Part shown: one piece after another, positions 19,987 to 29,442 of the stretch
Layout: each line of letters opens with the position of its first letter
Numbering within the stretch: position 1 is the stretch's first letter
Source of the DNA: an uncultured bacterium
GTDB taxonomy: Bacteria > Hydrogenedentota > Hydrogenedentia > Hydrogenedentales > JAEUWI01
Assembly (NCBI GenBank): GCA_963977445.1
Contig: CAXBPH010000053.1
Coordinates: 1 to 32,074, forward strand
Reading direction: 5' to 3'
DNA length: 32,074 nucleotides
Made by a program: the position numbers and the translations under genes
Notes under the pieces: model-generated
Seen by the model: the letters and a program-made list of their open reading frames with translations, nothing else
What the model was told of the DNA's origin: nothing
Database searches by the model: none

Positions 19987-20130
19987 TAAATAAGCGAAGA
20001 GTCATCTCAGATATTTTTCGACACAATCGATTGCCAGCTTACAGAACGGGAGCTTGGGAGCGCAGGCGGCTCACCTGCATTACGTCGAAGACGTAAGAAA
20101 AACGTGCCTTCGGCCCGCCTGCGCTCCCAA
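19987..20130. repeat. Dispersed REPIN/MITE-like element, copy 1
   Basis: 19987-20117 aligns without gaps to 29440-29570. Contains a 16-bp perfect inverted repeat TTGGGAGCGCAGGCGG (20054-20069 / 20115-20130). Confidence 0.8.
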
Positions 20131-20250
20131 TTGCCAAATGCTACTTTAAACGATAGTGGTCTGGCCACCGATACGCTTGCCTGTTGTAGGCGCTTGCGTA
20201 TTCGGACTACGCTAACGAACTGGATTTGATCGAGAGTTATCTTCGCGTAT

Positions 20251-21537
20251 TTAGAAGAAATACCGGCCAAAAAATGAGCCAATCGCATGAAAAAACGAGC
20301 CCACCAGGCCGCGTCGGACCTCGATGCGTCCATTTCGTGCCGCGGAGCGGTATTCGAAGCCGTGCCGGGCCACACCGACCACGGGTGTAAAGGCGGTGCA
20401 TTGCACGGGCTGGGGCATGACGTCTATGCCATCGGGCATGCCCTGGCGGGAAGGTACCTGGAAGACGGCTTCGGCCAGCCGCACCTGATTGCGAATGGAC
20501 GCGGCACCACCGGTCAGGATTATGCCCCGCACGAGATGCTTGGAGAGTCCACGGGAATTGATGAACTGATGCACTTTTTGCAGGAGCTCACGGGAGCGCT
20601 CGAAGATAATCATTTCGAGTACTTCCCGGTCTACGATTTCGGGGGCACCGTGGACGGCGGTCTTCAATTTAATCTGTGCTGCACGGCCCGTGGGGCTATC
20701 AATTTCATCCTCATCGGTCTCATCGATTTCCCGCTGAATGAGCGCTTCGGAGACACCATATTCGAGGACGAGTTCATCGGCTTCTTCAAAGGAAACATGG
20801 AGGCCTGCGGCAACATCACGGGTAATGTGGAAGCCACCCCAATCGAAACACTGGGTGGTGAGGATTCGTCGATCGCGATACATGGCCAGGCTGGTGGTGC
20901 TTCGGCCCATATCGAGAATCGCGACGCCCAACTCCATGTCTTCCGGGGTGAGACAGCCGAGTCCTGCAGCGAGGGGGAGAAAGACCATGTCTTCCAGCTC
21001 GCGCCCCTGGGATTCGATACAGGAAACGATATTGTCTTCAATGACCGAAGGGATTTGGGCGAAATGGACCCGGGTCTTCAGGACACTGCCGCGAATGCCG
21101 ACGGGGTCACTGACGCGGAGGTCATCGACATACCACTCTTGTGAGGTGATGGAGGAAATGACATGTTTGCCCGGAGCGAGGATGTCGCGGGAGGCCAGAT
21201 CGAGGGCTTCTTCCAGATGGGCGAGCTCTACCACATCGCGGTCGAGCTTTACGTTGCCCTCGCGAATGAAGGATTCCACATTCGTGCCACTGAGGCCGCA
21301 AAACAGAGAAGATACCTTGACGCCGGCTTCTTTTTCGGCACCGTGAAGGGCTTGTTTGAGTGCGCGCTGGGCGGCACTCAGGTCCTGAATGAGCCCCTGG
21401 GATACGCAGCCTCGGCCCTGGGCGGTGCCGTGTCCGAGAATCTGGACCGTTCCGTCGTTGCCTTCGAGTGCGATAATGACACGGACTTCCCGGGAGCCGA
21501 AATCAACGGCCCCGACGATTTCACCTTTTCTGGCCAC
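20251..21537 (-). CDS. ftsA: FtsA-like actin-family protein (divergent, orphan)
   Basis: VDFGS phosphate-1, G..vsqGLIqDL, EKEAG, SHS2 1C domain (EWYVDD..DPVGIRG..LKTRVH), PLAAGLGCLTPEDMELGVAILDMG, GGFHITRDVA, IILTGG and C-terminal amphipathic helix SFFHAIGSFFGRYFF. Confidence 0.85.
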   Translation of the reverse strand: MARKGEIVGAVDFGSREVRVIIALEGNDGTVQILGHGTAQGRGCVSQGLIQDLSAAQRALKQALHGAEKEAGVKVSSLFCGLSGTNVESFIREGNVKLDRDVVELAHLEEALDLASRDILAPGKHVISSITSQEWYVDDLRVSDPVGIRGSVLKTRVHFAQIPSVIEDNIVSCIESQGRELEDMVFLPLAAGLGCLTPEDMELGVAILDMGRSTTSLAMYRDRRILTTQCFDWGGFHITRDVAAGLHVSFEEADELVLEYGVSEALIQREIDETDEDEIDSPTGRAAQIKLKTAVHGAPEIVDREVLEMIIFERSRELLQKVHQFINSRGLSKHLVRGIILTGGAASIRNQVRLAEAVFQVPSRQGMPDGIDVMPQPVQCTAFTPVVGVARHGFEYRSAARNGRIEVRRGLVGSFFHAIGSFFGRYFF

Positions 21538-21621
21538 GATCAGGCATTTCCTTCCTGTTGTATACCTGCGGTTCGCACAAACCTGCGCACGCGCCTGATC
21601 AACCAGCGATTTTCCGTTGCA

Positions 21622-23382
21622 CTATTCGGCATGGGCATCGTGCCCGTCGGTCTCATTGCCTTCGTGATCGTTGTGTTCTTCATTCGTGGTCTCGGCCGCT
21701 GCCGGTGCGGCTCCGCCGCCCACATGTCCGATTGTCTTTTCGATATCAAGAATCGAGCTGTTCCGCGATTCCAGTTCGCGCCGGGCGGCGTCGAGCGTAG
21801 TGGTGTGATCGCCGCCTTTTTCCTGCAATGCCTGTACCCGATCGCGGACGCTCTGGAGATTTTCCTGGGCGCCGCCTTCCTCTTCATTGAGGGTATCGAG
21901 CTCGGCCTGCATCCGACTTTCTTCGGTGAGGCTGTCGTCCAATATTTCCTGACAATCCAGGAGGCGTTCCCGTTCGGTTTCGCGGCGAACTTCCAACTCG
22001 GCGATTTGCCGGTCAAGATCAGAAACGGCGCCTTCCGCATTGGATACATTTTCGCGGAGTTGCTGAATATGTTCCCGCTTGCCGTCGAATTCCTGCTGAC
22101 ACTGGGTGCGCTGTTCTTCCAGTGCGCGGAGTCGCTCTTCGGCATCGGCTACGGCCTGTTCGGCGGCGGTAATTTCTTCCGTATTGCTCGAAATGGTCGA
22201 TTCGATTTCGGCAAGATGCGCTTCCGCCTGCTGGGCTTCCAGGCGGGCCATATTCGCGGCAAGCTGGAGCGCGAATACCTTGGCGTCGCCCACATTGCCC
22301 AGGGCCATGGCCTGCTGGGCTGTTTTCCAGAGGGCTTCCGGGGTGCCGGGTTCTGGTTCGGGCTCGGCGACCGGTGCGGGTGCTTGTACGGGGTCGGGTA
22401 TTGGCACTGGCTCGGGAGTGAGCTCGGGTTCTTCCTCCACTTCAGCAGAAAGATCCAGTTCCATGGGCTCGGGTGTTTCCGATTCATTGTCTTCGTTCGT
22501 CGACAACGAGTCGTCTTCTTCTACCGCAGGAGTTTCGCTATCTTGTTCCTGATCAAAGGAAGGCGGATCGAAAACGGTGGGCTCGTCGGCGGTAAAATCA
22601 TTGGACAGAGACATTTCAGACGCGCTGTCATCGTCCGTTCCGTCGATGAGTTCGTCGAGGGAAGGCATCTCTGACGCGAGGGTGCCTGTTGGTGTTGATG
22701 GGGGTGTGCCAAAGGGGCTGTCGTCATCGGTGGTGAAGGCGAAGGGGTCGTTATCTTTTTCGGGCATGGGTGCATGGTGAAATGCTCCCCCATTGTCACC
22801 GGCGAACTGGTCTTCCGAGTTACCAATCAAGGCGTCGAATGCCGAACCGCTTTGGGGTTCGTTGTTGGGTTCCGGTGCAAAGGGATCGGGTGTATCGATG
22901 GTGCGATTTTCGGCGTCCCGCGCGGTCTCTTGCTGACCTTCCCGTTCAAGGGTTGCTTCGTCATCCACGAGGGTGAGCCCGAGGTTGGCCAATGCGTCGA
23001 GGGCGCGTTCGTAGCGTTCGCGCCATTTTTTCATGACGCCGGAGCGCACATTGTCGACGATGAGATCGCCGACCATGAGGCAGAGAATTTCGTAACTGTC
23101 CTTTAAGAAGGGAACACAGTCGGACGCCATGCCTGCATCTTCGTAGGTCTGCAGGATGCGGGCCGTGTCGGTGAGGGCTTCTTTGACGTCTGCCCAGGAT
23201 TCGGTGAGGGCAATTTCGATGCCGATGATGAGTTGATTCATGCACTCATCACACCAGGCCTCCTGGGAGATTCCCTCTTCGGCCCGACCCACTTGGCGTT
23301 GGAACCGGCCCAGTGCGGTCAGTAGACGCTGGGTTGGGTCACCCGCAACCATGGGTTCGTCGGGGGTCTGGGGGGTCGTCAT
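21622..23382 (-). CDS. Hypothetical protein: N-terminal helical domain, acidic Pro-rich linker, long C-terminal coiled coil
   Basis: Long ORF with protein-like composition. The likely start is ATG 23382, with GAGGA 7 nt upstream and a predicted promoter at 23539-23567. No family recognised. Confidence 0.75.
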   Translation of the reverse strand: MTTPQTPDEPMVAGDPTQRLLTALGRFQRQVGRAEEGISQEAWCDECMNQLIIGIEIALTESWADVKEALTDTARILQTYEDAGMASDCVPFLKDSYEILCLMVGDLIVDNVRSGVMKKWRERYERALDALANLGLTLVDDEATLEREGQQETARDAENRTIDTPDPFAPEPNNEPQSGSAFDALIGNSEDQFAGDNGGAFHHAPMPEKDNDPFAFTTDDDSPFGTPPSTPTGTLASEMPSLDELIDGTDDDSASEMSLSNDFTADEPTVFDPPSFDQEQDSETPAVEEDDSLSTNEDNESETPEPMELDLSAEVEEEPELTPEPVPIPDPVQAPAPVAEPEPEPGTPEALWKTAQQAMALGNVGDAKVFALQLAANMARLEAQQAEAHLAEIESTISSNTEEITAAEQAVADAEERLRALEEQRTQCQQEFDGKREHIQQLRENVSNAEGAVSDLDRQIAELEVRRETERERLLDCQEILDDSLTEESRMQAELDTLNEEEGGAQENLQSVRDRVQALQEKGGDHTTTLDAARRELESRNSSILDIEKTIGHVGGGAAPAAAETTNEEHNDHEGNETDGHDAHAE

Positions 23383-23538
23383 GGCGATTTCCTCATGATC
23401 TGTGGCTATAGGTTCCTGTGCCGAGGCCAGGGTAACGGGAGCTTCGACGAGCGTGGGCTCCCCAAAAAAACGGCGGCCAACTGCCGCAAGATTTCGGGTC
23501 TTCTTTCCAAAACGCACCGAGGGCACCTCCAAAGTTTT

Positions 23539-23567
23539 ATTGTAACACAGCGATACCACGGAGGCAA
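23539..23567 (-). promoter_or_regulatory. Putative sigma70 promoter for the hypothetical-ftsA unit
   Basis: Minus strand TTGCCT-17 bp-TACAAT with a TGn extension. Confidence 0.55.
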
Positions 23568-23876
23568 TACATGTTGTGGTTTGAAGGCGGCAACTGGAGA
23601 GTGGCATACTAAATAGCCTGATCTAACAAAATTGCCGCCCCATCGGGAAGTTCCGGGCTTTCGAAACCGGGACCGGGGAGCGCGTTATTTTGCCCGTGAG
23701 GTCATTGTTTTGCGACGGTGACCGGCGGGCCGCGCGCTGGACCCCTCGGGTTTGGTGCGGCGGGTGCGGTGGTACTGATGGTGATGAAAGCTCCTGAATA
23801 CGGGGCTACGTGCAGCCGGAGGGATCACGGTGGCACGGGTTCTGAAGCGGACGCTGTGGAAAAGTTTGATTGGAAT

Positions 23877-23906
23877 TTGACACGGGTGCCCGCTAACGGC
23901 TATGAT
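23877..23906 (+). promoter_or_regulatory. Sigma70 promoter for rpsD
   Basis: TTGACA-18 bp-TATGAT, about 130 bp before the rpsD ATG. Confidence 0.7.
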
Positions 23907-23912
23907 ACGCAA

Positions 23913-24037
23913 CTCTTCAAAGATGGCAGGGACAAATATGTCTGATTGCGCCTGCCGATAATCGATGCAATATACCCGATCAGACGGGGCGTCTTAACTA
24001 AATCGCCCCTCCAACGAAAAGGAAATACGCGAGCGCT
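23913..24037 (+). promoter_or_regulatory. Candidate structured ribosomal-protein leader (S4 autoregulation)
   Basis: Three complementary pairings, two of which cross (see findings). Confidence 0.4.
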
Positions 24038-24646
24038 ATGGGCAAGTATCTTGGACCCAAACACAAATTATGCCGCCGCCTCGGATCTTGTATCTGGGGA
24101 AGTGCGAAATGTCCTTCTAACAAACGTCCCTATGCTCCTGGACAGCACGGCCAAAATATGCGCCGTAAGATGTCGGTTTATGGTGTACAGCTGCTGGAAA
24201 AGCAAAAGATTCGTACGCACTACGGTCTGCTTGAGCGCCAGATGCGCAAGACATTCAAAGAAGCCCAGCGAATGGGTGGTGTTACCGGCACGAATCTTCT
24301 GATGTTGCTGGAATGCCGTCTTGACAGCATCTGCCACCGATTGGGCTATGCGCCTACCATCGGTGCAGCCCGCCAGCTGGTTAACCATGGTCACATCCTT
24401 GTTGACGGTAAGAAGGTAGACATTCCTTCCTTCCTCGTTAAGCCAGGCATGGTTATCGGAATTCGTGAGCGTAGCAAGAAGGTTCCCATGATCGCAGAAG
24501 GTGTGGAGCATCCTCCCATCGCGATTCCGGAATACCTGGACCGCCCCTCCAAGTCATTCGAAGGCCGCGTAACCGCGCTTCCGAATACGGAGACCCTGCC
24601 CTTTAAGCCCGAAACGGCCGGGGTTATCGGTTTCTACTCCCGCTAG
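24038..24646 (+). CDS. rpsD: 30S ribosomal protein S4
   Basis: RPYAPGQHG, YGVQLLEKQKIRTHYGLLERQMR, LECRLDS, AARQLVNHGHILVDGKKVDIPSF, FYSR end. Confidence 0.97.
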   Translation: MGKYLGPKHKLCRRLGSCIWGSAKCPSNKRPYAPGQHGQNMRRKMSVYGVQLLEKQKIRTHYGLLERQMRKTFKEAQRMGGVTGTNLLMLLECRLDSICHRLGYAPTIGAARQLVNHGHILVDGKKVDIPSFLVKPGMVIGIRERSKKVPMIAEGVEHPPIAIPEYLDRPSKSFEGRVTALPNTETLPFKPETAGVIGFYSR

Positions 24647-24771
24647 TCGGAAGTCTTATAGCAGACAGCCAGTTTCATGCGGCGGGCCCCCTCACAGTGG
24701 CCCGCCGATTTTGTGTGTGCCCACCTGTGGGCGCGCGAAGGCAGACAGGCGCGAGGCGCAGAGACGGATTC

Positions 24772-26046
24772 ATGAGCATAGATATCGTTGTAGGTGCAAA
24801 CTGGGGCGACGAAGGCAAAGGCCGCATGGTGGATTTTCTGGCCCAGAAAGCGGACTACGTCGTTCGGTTTCAGGGTGGGAACAATGCGGGCCACACCGTC
24901 GTTAATGAATTTGGCACCTTCAAGCTACACCTTCTCCCGTCGGGCGTCTTTAATCCCAACGTGGTGAACATCCTCGGGCCGGGCATGGTCATCGATCTGC
25001 AGGGTCTTGCAGAAGAGCTTGCCGATCTCAAATCCCGGGGCATCGAGCCAACGATTCGCGTTTCCGACCGTGCCACCATCTGTTTTCCCTTTCACCGCCT
25101 TCAAGATGCGTGGGAAGAGGAACGTCTGGGCAGCAAGGCCTATGGCTCCACGCGACGTGGTATTGCACCCGCCTACGGAGACCGGACGGTGAAGAAGGGC
25201 ATCCAGATTGGGGAATTGCTCTATCCGGAGCGCCTCAAGGAACGTCTGGCCCACATTATCGAATATAAAGAGTTGCAAGCGGGCCTCTATGGTAAGGAAG
25301 GCGAGATTACGCTGGAAGATACCCTGGCCTGGGTGGAGCAATATGGTGCGGCCGTTCGCGATATGATTTGCGATACCACGGTATTGCTCGGCGATGCGGC
25401 GAAGGCGGGTAAAAACATCCTTTTCGAAGCCCAGTTGGGTACCTTGCGTGATTTGAACTTCGGTATCTACCCCTACACGACATCGTCCTGTGCGCTCGCC
25501 GCCTATGCGCCCGTCGGTGGTGGTCTTTTTGGCCACAACCTGGACCGGGTGTTGAGTGTGGTCAAAGCGTTCTCCACGTGTGTTGGTGAAGGTCCCTTCG
25601 TTACCCGCATGGACGAAAGCGACGGCGATACCCTTCGTGAGACGGCCGAAGAATATGGCGCGTCTACGGGCCGTCCCCGGACCATAGGTCATTTTGACGC
25701 GGTGGCTACCCGCTACGGGGTGCGCATTCAGGGGTCGACGGAAGTAGCGTTGACCAAGCTGGACAGCATCACGGGGATTCCCAGCCTGAAAATCTGCAGC
25801 CAGTATTCGTTCAATGGCGAATTGATCGACAATTTCCCCATTAACGCGGTGCTGGACGAATCGAAGCCGGTATATATGGAAATGCCTGGTTGGGAAGAAG
25901 ATATTACGGGTGTGCGCGACTTTTCCGAGCTGCCCCAAGCGGCCCAGAATTATGTCCTGGAAATCGAAAAACAGATCGCGTGCTATATTCGTTACGTATC
26001 GGTTGGTCCAGAGCGTGAGTCACTTATCGACCGAGGCCAGCGATAA
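24772..26046 (+). CDS. purA: Adenylosuccinate synthetase
   Basis: GANWGDEGKG, RFQGGNNAGHTV, EYGASTGRPR, LTKLD, SVGPER. Start moved to ATG 24772. Confidence 0.96.
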   Translation: MSIDIVVGANWGDEGKGRMVDFLAQKADYVVRFQGGNNAGHTVVNEFGTFKLHLLPSGVFNPNVVNILGPGMVIDLQGLAEELADLKSRGIEPTIRVSDRATICFPFHRLQDAWEEERLGSKAYGSTRRGIAPAYGDRTVKKGIQIGELLYPERLKERLAHIIEYKELQAGLYGKEGEITLEDTLAWVEQYGAAVRDMICDTTVLLGDAAKAGKNILFEAQLGTLRDLNFGIYPYTTSSCALAAYAPVGGGLFGHNLDRVLSVVKAFSTCVGEGPFVTRMDESDGDTLRETAEEYGASTGRPRTIGHFDAVATRYGVRIQGSTEVALTKLDSITGIPSLKICSQYSFNGELIDNFPINAVLDESKPVYMEMPGWEEDITGVRDFSELPQAAQNYVLEIEKQIACYIRYVSVGPERESLIDRGQR

Positions 26047-26175
26047 GGCCACGGGGCGCGTGTTTCAGGTGATGCTGGCAACGGGCAATGGCGTACCTTG
26101 TTTCCCCACGGGGCAACGGGGTGCCCTGTATTTGGGCATGTTACGGGCCATTCAACCTGAACGGAACCCAACACC

Positions 26176-29100
26176 ATGGCGGTAGCCATACCCACATTCA
26201 GCACGGTCGATAAAATTGCGCAGCAATTGCAGCGCAAGGATACGCCCCATGTTGAGATCGTGGGGCCCTGGGGTTCGGGCAAATCCCTCTTGCCGCTCCA
26301 GGTGGCGGCACAGCTGGGTGCGCCCCTCCTCTTTCTGACGGCGGGGCGGCTGGAAGCCGAAGGTATACACGATGACTTGTGTACCTTCTCGGACGAAGAT
26401 CAGGCGGCCTTATTTCCCGCGTGGGAAGTCTTACCCACCGACACCATGAGCCCCGCAGACGATATCGTCGCGGAGCGAATGAATACCCTCAAGCGCCTCG
26501 CGGCGGCCCGGGATTCGGATACCCCCATGATGGCGGTTGCGCCGTTGCGGGCCCTGCTGCAGTATGTGGTCAACCCCAAGCGCCTGGCCGAAGACAGCAT
26601 GGCCTTGTCGGTGGGGGAAGAACACGACCTCGACGAATTACTCACACGATTTGTTTCCATGGGCTATAGCCGTGAATCAATGGTGGAACATCGGGGCGAC
26701 ATCAGCGTGCGCGGGGGCATCGTCGACGTATTCCCCATTTCGAGTGAGTTGCCCTACCGTATTGAATTTTTCGGCGATGAGATTGAATCGATTCGCCGCT
26801 TCGAGCCCGAGACCCAGCGCAGTCTTTCCCAGGAAGACAGCCTCCAGATTTTGCCACGCTCGGAAAAAGCGTTGTTGGCGAGCAAAGACGTGGCCAAGCA
26901 ATTCACGGCCCTCACCGATTATTTTCCAAAAAATACGATTATCGTGCTCGATGAACCCCTCCGGTTGAATGAAATGGCGGAGGAGCTCATGGAGCAGCTC
27001 GGGGCGAGCCAATATCACCTTCCCTGGGAAGAGGCCTGTGAGAAGCTGGCCCGATTCAAGCAAATCCACATTGCACAAATCGGCTATGAGCGTACCGATG
27101 AGACCCCGCGTTTTAAGGCACCCATGCAGTCCATTACGGGCTGGGCAGGCCACAGTGGTGACTTCTGGGAGCAGTTGAAGGAGTGGGATCTTCAAGGATT
27201 CACCGTACAACTGCTTTGCGTCAACACCGGTGAGCGCCGTCGCCTCTATGAACTGCTGGAGGAACAAGGGTATCGTCCCGGTGAAGATGCCTTTGACCTG
27301 CGGGTTTCCATAGGGCGACTTCAGGCGGGCTTCACCGCCAATGCCGAAAAGCTGGCCATCCTTAGTGAACGGGAGATGTTTGGTCGCCACTATATGCGGC
27401 GAAAACGTCGGCGCTTTGAAGCCGGACAAACCATCACCCAGTTCAGCGATCTGAAAATGGGCGATTATATCGTCCATGTCGACAATGGCATTGGTCGCTA
27501 CGTGGGGCTCCGTCGTATCCAGGGTAAAATGGGCGACTACATGACGATCCAGTATGCGGGGAGTGACATCATGTATATCCCCGTGTCCCAGATCGACACG
27601 GTGCAAAAGTATTCGGGCGGTGATGGGTCCGTTCCCAAGGTAGATCGTCTCGGGGGAAAAACCTGGGCGAAGAAGAAGGCGAGCGTCAAAAAAGCCGTCA
27701 AAGATATGACGGAAGAGCTGGTCAGTCTTTACGCGGCACGGGAGGGACATCAGGGCCATGCCTTCTCTATCGACACGCCCTGGCAGCGCGAATTTGAAGA
27801 TGCCTTTGAATATGATGAGACCCCCGACCAGGCCCGGGCCATCGACGAAATCAAACGGGATATGGAATCCGCCCGGCCGATGGACCGCTTGCTCTGTGGC
27901 GACGTGGGTTATGGTAAAACGGAAGTAGCGTTGCGTGCGGCCTTTAAGGCGGTGATGGACGGCAAGCAGGTGGCGATCCTCGCGCCGACCACGGTGCTTA
28001 CCCAACAGCACTTTCAGACCTTTACGGAGCGCATGGCCGACTTTCCCGTGCGAATCGAGTTGTTGAACCGGTTTCGCACCGTGTCGCAGCAGAAAGATAC
28101 CATCGATCGGGTGAAGGCGGGTGAAGTCGACATACTGATCGGTACCCATCGTATTGCGTCGAAGGACGTGAATTTCAGCGACCTCGGTCTCGTCGTCATT
28201 GACGAAGAGCAGCGTTTCGGCGTGGTGGTGAAAGAACGGCTTAAGCAGATCCGAACCCACGTGGATGTGCTCACCTTGTCGGCCACACCCATCCCCCGTA
28301 CGTTGCACTTTTCCCTCATCGGCGTGCGTGACATGAGTCTTATCAATACGGCACCCAATGACCGGTTGCCGATCCACACCTGCATCGAGGCGTGGGACAG
28401 CCAGGTGGTGACCGAAGCCATTGAGCGGGAACTGGCGCGGGAAGGGCAGGTTTTCTTCCTCCACAACCGCGTACAGACTATCGAACGCACCGCGGCCCAG
28501 ATAAACAAGCTGGTCCCCCGTGCGCGGGTAGGCATTGGCCACGGCCAGATGGCGAAGCACGAACTCGAAGACATCATGACGGAATTCATCAGCAAGAAGA
28601 TTGATGTACTCGTCTGCACGACCATTATTGGCTCCGGTATCGATATTCCCAACGCCAATACCATCATCGTGGATCGGGCCGACACCTTCGGTCTGGGTGA
28701 GCTCTATCAGATTCGTGGTCGGGTCGGTCGCTATAAGCACCGCGCCTTTGCGTACCTCCTGATTCCTGGTGATAAGGCCCTGAGCGAGGAAGCCCAGCAG
28801 CGGCTTAAGGCCCTGGAAGACTTCTCGTCTCTGGGCTCAGGCTTTCGTATTGCCATGCGTGACCTGGAGATTCGGGGCTGCGGTAATATCCTGGGCGCAG
28901 AGCAGAGTGGCAACATTGCCGCCGTGGGTTATGAGACCTTTAAGGATCTCATTGCCGAAGCCGTGGCCGAACATCAGGGTCAGCCGATTCGCAAGCGGAG
29001 TCTGCCTCCCTTCGACATCCATATCGATACGTTTGTGCCCGACGCCTATATTCCCACGGCCCAGCAGAAGATGACCCTCTATCGTCGCATTGCCGGGGTG

Positions 29101-29442
29101 CAGTCGCCGGATGAAGTGGAAGAGCTTCGGGCAGAACTCAAAGATCGCTTTGGTGCACCACCCGCACCGGTTCGTCGTTTGCTGGATGTTATGACGGTCC
29201 GCGCGCTGGCCGGTGATGCCGGTGCAAAGGGCGTGGTGGCCACCCAGAAGAACGTGGAAATCCGTTTCGAAGCCAATCGTTTTCCCGACAAGCAGGCGCA
29301 GAACGCTTTGTATCAGGCTTTCGGTGATGTAATCGAATTTTCCTGGCGGGACGAGCCTACCATCAGTTGCGTTGTGGACCCTGACGGCGGCGATCCCTGC
29401 AAGACGGCCGCCCAGCTATTGTCCCAGCTCCTCGAGCTCTAA
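26176..29442 (+). CDS. mfd: Transcription-repair coupling factor
   Basis: UvrB-like N-terminus (RGGIVDVFP), CarD-like RID (GDYIVHVDNGIGRY), GDVGYGKTEVA, DEEQRFG, LSATPIPRTL, QIRGRVGR, RDLEIRGCGNILG and TRCF C-terminal domain. Confidence 0.97.
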   Translation: MAVAIPTFSTVDKIAQQLQRKDTPHVEIVGPWGSGKSLLPLQVAAQLGAPLLFLTAGRLEAEGIHDDLCTFSDEDQAALFPAWEVLPTDTMSPADDIVAERMNTLKRLAAARDSDTPMMAVAPLRALLQYVVNPKRLAEDSMALSVGEEHDLDELLTRFVSMGYSRESMVEHRGDISVRGGIVDVFPISSELPYRIEFFGDEIESIRRFEPETQRSLSQEDSLQILPRSEKALLASKDVAKQFTALTDYFPKNTIIVLDEPLRLNEMAEELMEQLGASQYHLPWEEACEKLARFKQIHIAQIGYERTDETPRFKAPMQSITGWAGHSGDFWEQLKEWDLQGFTVQLLCVNTGERRRLYELLEEQGYRPGEDAFDLRVSIGRLQAGFTANAEKLAILSEREMFGRHYMRRKRRRFEAGQTITQFSDLKMGDYIVHVDNGIGRYVGLRRIQGKMGDYMTIQYAGSDIMYIPVSQIDTVQKYSGGDGSVPKVDRLGGKTWAKKKASVKKAVKDMTEELVSLYAAREGHQGHAFSIDTPWQREFEDAFEYDETPDQARAIDEIKRDMESARPMDRLLCGDVGYGKTEVALRAAFKAVMDGKQVAILAPTTVLTQQHFQTFTERMADFPVRIELLNRFRTVSQQKDTIDRVKAGEVDILIGTHRIASKDVNFSDLGLVVIDEEQRFGVVVKERLKQIRTHVDVLTLSATPIPRTLHFSLIGVRDMSLINTAPNDRLPIHTCIEAWDSQVVTEAIERELAREGQVFFLHNRVQTIERTAAQINKLVPRARVGIGHGQMAKHELEDIMTEFISKKIDVLVCTTIIGSGIDIPNANTIIVDRADTFGLGELYQIRGRVGRYKHRAFAYLLIPGDKALSEEAQQRLKALEDFSSLGSGFRIAMRDLEIRGCGNILGAEQSGNIAAVGYETFKDLIAEAVAEHQGQPIRKRSLPPFDIHIDTFVPDAYIPTAQQKMTLYRRIAGVQSPDEVEELRAELKDRFGAPPAPVRRLLDVMTVRALAGDAGAKGVVATQKNVEIRFEANRFPDKQAQNALYQAFGDVIEFSWRDEPTISCVVDPDGGDPCKTAAQLLSQLLEL

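Noticed and set aside
20007..20375. Two small ORFs sharing LRLRRNAGEPPALPS (also 29439-29672), suggesting paralogous peptides
   Set aside because: The shared peptide is just the translation of the dispersed DNA repeat. There is no SD or consistent start.
23775..23810. CTGATGG...GAAA resembling a hammerhead ribozyme core
   Set aside because: It lacks CUGANGA and a stem II between the core strands.
23831..23846. TGGCACG resembling a sigma54 -24 box
   Set aside because: The -12 position reads CTGA rather than TTGC. I found no convincing sigma54 promoter in the window, so the activator's target is unknown.
26677..28740. 687-aa minus-strand ORF
   Set aside because: Antisense shadow of mfd. Long stop-free reverse frames are expected from codon bias in GC-rich genes, and it has no recognisable motifs.
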